A stretch of 38,032 bases of DNA from a virus (Duplodnaviria; Caudoviricetes), in IMG/VR virus record IMGVR_UViG_3300037755_000547, positions 1 through 38,032 of that record; one strand, given 5' to 3'. The notes beneath the pieces are model-generated. The model saw only the letters and a list, made by a program, of their open reading frames with translations. It made no database searches and was not told the DNA's origin. The translations under genes were made by a program, and so were the position numbers. Shown piece by piece: positions 18,346 to 25,434 of this stretch; positions within the stretch are counted from its first letter, which is position 1; each line of letters begins with the position of its first letter.

Positions 18346-19628
18346 TGGGCTCGCTCGCCGAAGCGATGAACATGGGGCTGGCCCTCGCCGACCGCGTCAG
18401 CCAGACCCGCGAGCGCCGGCGCAACGAGATGCTCTCGAACCTCGTCGGAATGGCTGTCGCCAAGGGCGACTATCAGGGCGGGGCCGCCAGCCTCATGAGG
18501 GGCGGGAATATCGAAGGCGGGATTGAGCTGCAAGGCGTCGGCCAGCAACAGCAGCAGCTAGACGATGCGCGCAAGCAGCAGCTCGGTTCTTACGCGTTTC
18601 AGACCTTGCAGCAACTGCGCTCCATGCCGATCGCACAGCGCGCCCAGATCGCCCCGCAGATGGCCGCGCGCCTTTCCGAGTTCGGGATCGACGTCTCGCA
18701 GGTCGATTACGGCGACCTTTCCGACGCGACGCTTGACGGCGAGCTTGCGATGCTCGCGCCGTTCGCCCCGGCGGCTGCCGATCCGATCCCCGTCCCCGCC
18801 GGCAACACGCTCTACCAGCCGGGCCGGAATGGCGAGCCAGGCCAGCCGATCTTTTCGGCGCCGTTCAAGCCGGAAGAGGCGCCGCAGCCGCGAGCGATTG
18901 AGGCGTTTGTCGGCGGGGAAAAGCGCCAACTGATGCTGGGGCCGGACGGGTCGGTGACGGACGCCATCACGCGCCAGCCAGTCGATCCAGCGACGGTCAC
19001 GTTCGACACGCCGCGCGACAACTCGCTCGACTATAACGCGGAGCGCGGCTTCCGGGCGGAGTTTGAAAGCGATCCCAGGGTGGCCGGCTACGTCGGCGCC
19101 CAGCGCGCTTATCAGGCGATGCAGAGTCTTTCCGCTGACGAAACAGGCGCGAGCGACGTCGCCCTCGTGTTCAGCTTCTTCAAGACGATCGATCCGAGCT
19201 CGACGGTACGGGAGGGTGAATACGCCGCCGCCGCCTCCGCAATGGGTCTGCCGGCGCAGATCGTCACAACGCTGCAGCGGATGCAAAGCGGGCAAAAGCT
19301 CTCGCCGGAGCTGCGCGCCGACCTCGTCAACGTCGCGGGGCAATATCTCAGCCGACACGAGCAGGATTACGGCGGCGCCCTGGAATATTATCAGGGTATC
19401 GCTCCCGACTACGGATTCGACCCGGCTCGCGTGACCTACGACGCCCGCCAAGGCGACATACCGCGGAATCCGCCGCCAAGCGGCGGCGGAGGCGGATCGC
19501 AAACCAGTGAGGTCGATCCCGAAGACGCCGCGCTTCTGACGCAGAATCCAACGCCGGAGATGATCGGGTTCTTCAACGACCTATATGGTCCGGGAGCCGC
19601 TGAGCAGCTTCTCGGAGGGGCGCGTTAG
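18345..19628 (+). CDS. Putative ejection protein, gp20 position (427 aa)
   Basis: TGATG coupling at 18343-18347; Gln-rich N-terminus; SDVALVFSFFKTIDPSSTVREGEY block. Confidence 0.75.
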   Translation: MGSLAEAMNMGLALADRVSQTRERRRNEMLSNLVGMAVAKGDYQGGAASLMRGGNIEGGIELQGVGQQQQQLDDARKQQLGSYAFQTLQQLRSMPIAQRAQIAPQMAARLSEFGIDVSQVDYGDLSDATLDGELAMLAPFAPAAADPIPVPAGNTLYQPGRNGEPGQPIFSAPFKPEEAPQPRAIEAFVGGEKRQLMLGPDGSVTDAITRQPVDPATVTFDTPRDNSLDYNAERGFRAEFESDPRVAGYVGAQRAYQAMQSLSADETGASDVALVFSFFKTIDPSSTVREGEYAAAASAMGLPAQIVTTLQRMQSGQKLSPELRADLVNVAGQYLSRHEQDYGGALEYYQGIAPDYGFDPARVTYDARQGDIPRNPPPSGGGGGSQTSEVDPEDAALLTQNPTPEMIGFFNDLYGPGAAEQLLGGAR

Positions 19629-21619
19629 TGGCCGACAATCCGTTCAAGGGGCCGGTGACTAACCCCTTCAAGGGACCTCCCCAGGCGCGGGGGCAGGGCC
19701 TCCGCGACTTCGCGGCGCAACGCACCCTGCCGCTCCCAGGCGCCCGCCCGGACCGCCGTGCCGAGATAATGGCTGGCATGACGACGGCGGAGGAGGCCGC
19801 AGCGCGCGATATTCCGACCTTCAGCGCGGAAGGCTGGGGCAACGACCTCGCCAGGGCGCAGCTGTTCTTCAACGAGCCCGTCCGCGGGCTTGCAGACGCC
19901 GGGGAGGGCGCGATCGACACTGCGGCGACCTTGGGTGCAGACATCCTCGACAAGCCCGTGGAGACGCTCTCTTACCCGCTGCTGGCCCCGTTTCGGACAG
20001 TTCAGAACTATCTCGGCCGGGATGAAAACTGGCGGCAAGTGCAGCCGGGCTTCGCCGAAGAAGTGTTTTCTGGCCGTCCCGGTCATGCTCTCGACAGGGG
20101 CGTGGCCACGGCGATCTCGGCGGGCGAGACGGCGCTGCTGGCGACGCCCGCAAGAGTCCCGAGAGCGGCGCCGCGAGGGGTCATGTCTCGCGCCGCGCAG
20201 GACTTCGAGGCCGCGAACGTCGAGCCGTTCATGGCGGGAGTCGCTGCGGAAACTCCCGCGAGCGGCGCCTTCGGTCGGGTGACGAAGATGACCGGAGAGA
20301 ATCCGTTCGCCGGCTTCAGTGTCCGCGGGCAAATGCAGCGGCGCCAGAGTCAGGCCGCGACTCAATCCGAGCGCCTGACTGACAGATTCTCGCCAGCCAG
20401 AACCGTGGAGGAGGGCGGCGACGCGGTTCGGAGCGGCGTGCAGCGGTTTTCTCGAGAGACGTTCCCACAGCAAGCCAAGCAGCGCTATGCGGATATCCGC
20501 TCAAGGCTGAACCCTGGAAGCCTCACTTCGACATCGACGGCGCGCGCTACGCTCCACGCATTGAACAACAACTTCAGCCGGCAAGGTCTAAACGACCTCT
20601 TCGCCAACAAAAAGCTCAGACGCCTGGAAGCGATTCTTCAGGCCGGCGAGACGGGGACAGCGCTTCATTTCGACGGACTGACGCAGTTGCGCACTCAAGT
20701 GCGCTATATGCGCAGCAATCGCAACGAGCTCCGGCGTCCCCCGCCTGACGCTGATCTGGCGCGCTTGGAAGAGGCGCTCACAGAAGACCTCTATGCCGGG
20801 GTCGAAAGCGCGGTGCGCGCGCGCCACCGCCGCGGCGATCCCGCCGCAGGGGCGCAGGCCGAACAGGTGCTTGCCGATTTTCAGGAGACCAACACTTGGT
20901 ATCGCAACACAGCGCGGATGATCGCGGAAGACCTGGAGCGCTTCAACGCGGCGTCGGCTGAGCTTGCGTTCAGCAGAGTGCGCGCTGCGGCTCGTGCTGG
21001 CGGAGCCGGCGACCTCGGGCGGCTGCGCTCTCTCATGACATCGCTGGAGCCTGATGCCCGGATGGACCTCGCCGCCACCGTGCTGCGAGACATGACGAGC
21101 AATGGCGGCAGAGGCTTCACACCGACGTCATGGGCGACCGCATGGGAGCGGATGACCCCGGAAGCGCGCGAGATACTGTTCGGTGGTCCTGGCGGGGGGC
21201 AGGCGCTCGCCAACCTGGAAACCTTCTACCGTGTCACCAGGAAAATGCGCGAGGTCGATCGGTTCACAAACTTCTCCAATACGGGCGCATCGGCTCAAGG
21301 ACTATTGAGCCTCGGGTCTTTCGCCGCAGCTCCGATCAACTCAGCGCTATTGCATGCAGCATGGGCGGCTGGCGGAAGGCTCTTGATGTCGCCGAACTTC
21401 ACGAAGCTGCTCGCCAACGTCGGCCAGGCGGCGGCTCGAGGGATGGACGCGTCAGCGCTTTACTCAAAGCAGTACGCGGCGCTTCTGGCGCTCAGTCGGG
21501 CGGAGCCGGCTTTGGCGGCCGACTATCGGCGTGTTCTTGAGCTGATGCCCCCGCCCGAGCGCTTGGCTCTGCCGGCTCCAGCAGGTGCAGCCCAAAGGCA
21601 ACCGCAAGTCCAAAGATGA
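19628..21619 (+). CDS. Putative ejection protein, gp16 position (663 aa)
   Basis: Helical; NFSNTG and GRLLMSPNF motifs typical of DNA transfer proteins; GGAGG RBS. Confidence 0.75.
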   Translation: MADNPFKGPVTNPFKGPPQARGQGLRDFAAQRTLPLPGARPDRRAEIMAGMTTAEEAAARDIPTFSAEGWGNDLARAQLFFNEPVRGLADAGEGAIDTAATLGADILDKPVETLSYPLLAPFRTVQNYLGRDENWRQVQPGFAEEVFSGRPGHALDRGVATAISAGETALLATPARVPRAAPRGVMSRAAQDFEAANVEPFMAGVAAETPASGAFGRVTKMTGENPFAGFSVRGQMQRRQSQAATQSERLTDRFSPARTVEEGGDAVRSGVQRFSRETFPQQAKQRYADIRSRLNPGSLTSTSTARATLHALNNNFSRQGLNDLFANKKLRRLEAILQAGETGTALHFDGLTQLRTQVRYMRSNRNELRRPPPDADLARLEEALTEDLYAGVESAVRARHRRGDPAAGAQAEQVLADFQETNTWYRNTARMIAEDLERFNAASAELAFSRVRAAARAGGAGDLGRLRSLMTSLEPDARMDLAATVLRDMTSNGGRGFTPTSWATAWERMTPEAREILFGGPGGGQALANLETFYRVTRKMREVDRFTNFSNTGASAQGLLSLGSFAAAPINSALLHAAWAAGGRLLMSPNFTKLLANVGQAAARGMDASALYSKQYAALLALSRAEPALAADYRRVLELMPPPERLALPAPAGAAQRQPQVQR

Positions 21620-21680
21620 AATACTTCCACGTGTTGGCGAACGCGTGGTTCACGTGGTCGATCGAGGTCATGTCCCGCAT
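21492..21680 (-). CDS. Antisense small single-TM protein (moron-like, possibly leaderless)
   Basis: WKYFIFGLAVAFGLHLL hydrophobic stretch; TGA-TAGGGT extended -10 six nt before ATG 21680; 3' part overlaps the gp16-like gene. Confidence 0.5.
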   Translation of the reverse strand: MRDMTSIDHVNHAFANTWKYFIFGLAVAFGLHLLEPAEPSARAGASAQEHADSRPPKPAPPD

Positions 21681-21716
21681 GCGCAAACCCTATCACGTCT
21701 TTGGACTGAGCAGAAC

Positions 21717-22220
21717 GTGACCCAGACCCCCTTTCCTGTGGGCTGGAAGGTGACGGACCTGAACAACCGGCCGCTGCACAACGCCAAGGTGTGGGCGACG
21801 GGAGATGACGGGAGCCTCGCCGACAACTGGCTCGACCCGAAATACGCGACGCCGGGGCAGCGCGTGCGCCGCACCAACGGCGCCGGCCAGATCAGCAACG
21901 GGTCGGAAGACGGCCGCCCGTTCGGCTTTCATCTGAAGGACGGCGACTACACGATCCACGTCGACAGCGACGGGCGGGCCCCGCCCTACGACTTTCCGTG
22001 CACGATCTCGGCCGGGGGCACGCACCTCGTCATCCAGGGCGGCCTGCAGCACATGGCGGTCCAGCCGGCTCACCTGGGCGTCACGATCCAGGCGGGAGGG
22101 AGCGGCGGGCGGGAAATGGTCAAACCCCCTGATCCGGCTCCCGCCCGTCTCACTCCGGTGGCCGACACATCGCCGGTCCACATCCGCGAAGCGACCCGCA
22201 AGCTGATCAATCAGCTCTGA
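21717..22220 (+). CDS. Stand-alone tailspike head-binding/adaptor-like domain protein (GTG start inferred)
   Basis: TDLNNRPLHNAKVW...WLDP...TNGAGQ...GDYTIHV resembles N-terminal anchor domains of podovirus spikes. Confidence 0.55.
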   Translation: MTQTPFPVGWKVTDLNNRPLHNAKVWATGDDGSLADNWLDPKYATPGQRVRRTNGAGQISNGSEDGRPFGFHLKDGDYTIHVDSDGRAPPYDFPCTISAGGTHLVIQGGLQHMAVQPAHLGVTIQAGGSGGREMVKPPDPAPARLTPVADTSPVHIREATRKLINQL

Positions 22221-22230
22221 CACACCGGAA

Positions 22231-22255
22231 CCGAGGGTGCTGAAAACACCCTCGG
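22231..22255. promoter_or_regulatory. Intergenic hairpin CCGAGGGTG-CTGAAAA-CACCCTCGG
   Basis: Perfect 9-bp stem, no U-tract; extendable by flanking CCGG. Confidence 0.55.
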
Positions 22256-22320
22256 CCCGGCCTAACCCTCAAACACCCGCCCAAGGAGCGGACGATGAAG
22301 GCTGGTCGAAGCTTAACCCA

Positions 22321-22797
22321 ATGCAGACAGGGAAGAAGAGGTTCTCATTGCTGAAGGGGGCGTTCATCGCGTGGGCGGTCTCCGCCCTGATCGGCAGCCT
22401 GCTCGTCTTCTCCGCCGGCGTCATGGCGGCGATCGACAGCGGCGTGATCGATCCGTCGGAGACGGCGCGCGTGCTCGATATCGCCATGCGCGCCGTCGGC
22501 GCCGGGCCGGAAGCGGCGTCGTGGCGCTCGATCGCGATCATGTCGCTCGCCTTCTCGTGGATCTTCCGCGACGGGCTTCGCCGTCTCGTCGACATCCTCC
22601 TCGACCTGCTGAAGGACGGGCTCGATGGGCTCAAGACGCTGATCGGGGCGCTGATCGACCATGACGACGACGAGGATCAGGAGAGGCCTGCCGAGCAAAC
22701 GCCCCCCGATCGGCCGGCCCCGCCTCCTGCGGACGCCGAGCGCGTCGCCAACATCCAACGCTTCGAACGTGGAGAGCAGTCCAATGCAGAAGTCTGA
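22321..22797 (+). CDS. Membrane protein, holin-like (start 22321 ATG or 22348 TTG)
   Basis: Two hydrophobic segments, charged C-terminus; precedes a spanin-like pair. Confidence 0.5.
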   Translation: MQTGKKRFSLLKGAFIAWAVSALIGSLLVFSAGVMAAIDSGVIDPSETARVLDIAMRAVGAGPEAASWRSIAIMSLAFSWIFRDGLRRLVDILLDLLKDGLDGLKTLIGALIDHDDDEDQERPAEQTPPDRPAPPPADAERVANIQRFERGEQSNAEV

Positions 22798-23398
22798 CGT
22801 GAGCGCCTTCATCAAGAAGAGAAAGGCGGTGGTCGGCGCCATCCTCGGCTCGCTCCTCATGGCGGGACTGCTCTTCGCCATGGACGACAAGGACGGCGCG
22901 ATCGACGAGCTGGAGGCGGCCCGGCGCATGGCCGCCGCGCAGCTCGTCTGCGAGGTCAAGCTGCAGCGCGGCGAGCCGGTCGACTGCTCGCAGATCGTGG
23001 TGACGCCGACCGCGCCGCCGACGGCCGACGCCCTGCCGGTGAGCTTTGCGTCCACACCGCCCCCGCCGGAGCCCGCGCCGGCCCGCGCGGCTCTTGAGCC
23101 CGAAGACCACTCCGTCGATGCGCTCTTTGCCGAGAAGGACGCCCGCATCGCGATCCTGGAAGAACAGCTCGGCATGGAGCGGTCGGCCCGCGTGGACGCG
23201 GAAAGCCGCAGCGACCGCTTGCGGGAGGCGCTGGCGGCCGCCTCCGACGAAACTGACGCCGCCATCAACAACGCCCTCAATCAGATGGAGAACGAACGTG
23301 CAAATCAGGTCTGCTTTTCTCGCGCTCAGTGGGATGCTGATCGCAGCTCTCTTGCCAGCCTGTGCAGCGCTGCAGGGCTTGGCGTCGGGCTCGACTGA
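22784..23398 (+). CDS. Putative i-spanin-like (Rz) protein
   Basis: GGAG RBS; KKRK plus one N-terminal TM, Pro linker, coiled coil; overlapped by a lipoprotein gene. Confidence 0.55.
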   Translation: MQKSDVSAFIKKRKAVVGAILGSLLMAGLLFAMDDKDGAIDELEAARRMAAAQLVCEVKLQRGEPVDCSQIVVTPTAPPTADALPVSFASTPPPPEPAPARAALEPEDHSVDALFAEKDARIAILEEQLGMERSARVDAESRSDRLREALAAASDETDAAINNALNQMENERANQVCFSRAQWDADRSSLASLCSAAGLGVGLD

Positions 23399-23648
23399 CC
23401 GCGGCGCCGCCGTGGTCGGCGTCGTCGGCGACACCTTCGGCAACTTCTACTACGCCGCCCGCTACGGCGACCGGCCGAGCGAGATCGTCACCGTGGCGGT
23501 CCCGCAGGTCTGCGCCGACTGGATCAACATGCCCAAGACCGAGCAGGACTCTCTGCTCGGCACTGGAGCGAAGCTGGCCTGCCAGGAGCGTCTCATCGGC
23601 ATGGACATGCAGGGCACGCTCATGACGTTGCCGGGCGAGGCGGGATGA
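23298..23648 (+). CDS. Lipoprotein, putative o-spanin-like (Rz1)
   Basis: GGAG-N7-GTG start; signal peptide MQIRSAFLALSGMLIAALLPAC with a lipobox-like Cys. Confidence 0.6.
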   Translation: MQIRSAFLALSGMLIAALLPACAALQGLASGSTDRGAAVVGVVGDTFGNFYYAARYGDRPSEIVTVAVPQVCADWINMPKTEQDSLLGTGAKLACQERLIGMDMQGTLMTLPGEAG

Positions 23649-25408
23649 TGAGGGAAGCGAACGCCATCCCCAGGCGGCGCTACCGCCGGATTCATTTCGC
23701 CGACATCTGGAACGATCTTGTCGGCGACGTTCGGTTCTGGCTGGGCGGCGTCGTCGGCTGGATCGCGTTCGCCTTCCTCTTCACCGACACGTCGATCTCG
23801 ATCGCCTACCTGACGAGCTATTCGACCCTCTCGGACAAGGGCCTTTTCTTCAAGATCATCGGCGCCTTTCTGGCGATCTGCGTCGGCTTTTTCGCTCATG
23901 TCGGCATCCACCGCGCCGTTATGAATCTGCCGGGTCGACTCCTCAAGGTCGTCGGCGTGGCCGCCACGCTCTTCATCGTCGGCGTGTCCTACTGGTTTGC
24001 GATCAGCTTCTTCGAAGCGACGTGGCAGAGCGACCTTCAACGAGAGGCGGAGTTGACCGCCCGCGCCGGCGGTCTGCGCGATGTGGCCGTCGTAGAGCGC
24101 AGCACGGATGCCGAGCAAGCCGCCGCCGACCGCGCCCTCCAGGCGCTCACCGACGCGACCCGTCGTCGAGGTGAGGCTGAAAACTTGCGCGCTGAGTTGG
24201 CTCTGTTGCCGTCCGGAACCTACCATGCCCGTGTCGCCGAGATTCAGTCTATCATCGGCGCGACGCCGGACGGCGTGAAGTACAACCTCACCACCGAAGC
24301 GATGCAGGACTTCGCGGACCAGGCGAGGGTCGACGAACAGAGCGCCGACGCAGCCTACCAGACGGCTCTGGCCGCGCTGACCGCGAAGCAGGCGATGATC
24401 GGCGGCGCCGTCGAGAAGGAGCTGAACGCCGCGATCATCGACACGCAGCAGACCTATCTTCGCTCAATGCGCTCGCGCGCCGAGGACACGCTCGAGCTTT
24501 CCTACGTCCCCGACCCGCAGACCGATGCGGACCGGGACAATAACGCGCTCATCCAGACTCGAGCGGAGATTTACGCCAAGTGGACCGGCCAAGTGATCTC
24601 CGGCCTCGTAACCATCCTGTCGTGCATCCTCGGTCTGTTCCGCTTCCGGATCAAAGACCCCCCCCAGATCGAGCACGAAGAGGACGACGTGGAGACGTTG
24701 GAGCCGGTGCGAGCCAGAGCGCTTCCCAAGCCGGCGCCTGCTGGCGGAGCATCGGCCCGCTTCGTCGATGACGAGCACATCGCCGACGACGCGCCGTATA
24801 ACCCGAGCCGGGAGACGGCGGAGGCGGCCGAAACGCGGCTGCAGCGCGCGATGGCGCGGCTGAGCGCGGTGCGCAAGGGCAAGGCCTACGCGGGCACCAC
24901 GGACGAGAAGGCTGCGCTGATCGAGGCCATCGCCGAAGCGGAGGAGCGTAAGCAGGAGCAGGCGGAGATGGACGCGCTGCGCCGTCAGCTCGCGGAGGCG
25001 CAAGCCGAAGCGGCGCGCCATCGTGAAGCGCCCCCGCCGGTCCGTCACGCCGCGCCCCAGGACATGACCGACGTCTTCCACGCCATCACCCGCAGGATGG
25101 CGAATCGGGACGCGGCGCGGGCCGACCAACCGCTCTCCCCGCGGCCGGAACCGGAGGTCGCCAGGAATGGAGTAGGGGCCGGACACGACACGTTCGACCC
25201 GAACGCCCGCCTGCAGCAGCTCATCGCCGAGTTCGATAAGCTCGACGGCGAGATGGAGCACAATCTCGGCGTGATCAACCGCTTCCCCGGAAGCGCCGAC
25301 GCGATGCGCGCCGCCAGCCGCAATGCGACGATCGAGGACCGGATCAGCAAGATCTATTCCGAGATGGTGCCCCTGAGAGCGGCCGTGAATCGGCAGCCCG
25401 TCTCATGA
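23645..25408 (+). CDS. Multi-pass membrane protein with long coiled-coil regions (587 aa)
   Basis: Three N-terminal TM segments, another near residue 320, helical extensions; ATGA overlap. Confidence 0.8.
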   Translation: MMREANAIPRRRYRRIHFADIWNDLVGDVRFWLGGVVGWIAFAFLFTDTSISIAYLTSYSTLSDKGLFFKIIGAFLAICVGFFAHVGIHRAVMNLPGRLLKVVGVAATLFIVGVSYWFAISFFEATWQSDLQREAELTARAGGLRDVAVVERSTDAEQAAADRALQALTDATRRRGEAENLRAELALLPSGTYHARVAEIQSIIGATPDGVKYNLTTEAMQDFADQARVDEQSADAAYQTALAALTAKQAMIGGAVEKELNAAIIDTQQTYLRSMRSRAEDTLELSYVPDPQTDADRDNNALIQTRAEIYAKWTGQVISGLVTILSCILGLFRFRIKDPPQIEHEEDDVETLEPVRARALPKPAPAGGASARFVDDEHIADDAPYNPSRETAEAAETRLQRAMARLSAVRKGKAYAGTTDEKAALIEAIAEAEERKQEQAEMDALRRQLAEAQAEAARHREAPPPVRHAAPQDMTDVFHAITRRMANRDAARADQPLSPRPEPEVARNGVGAGHDTFDPNARLQQLIAEFDKLDGEMEHNLGVINRFPGSADAMRAASRNATIEDRISKIYSEMVPLRAAVNRQPVS

Positions 25409-25434
25409 CCCCCCGTCTTAAGGGAGGATAGGGG

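Noticed and set aside
19634-19680. NPFKGP duplication at the start of the gp16-like gene
   Set aside because: Short NPF-type repeats are common at ejection protein N-termini
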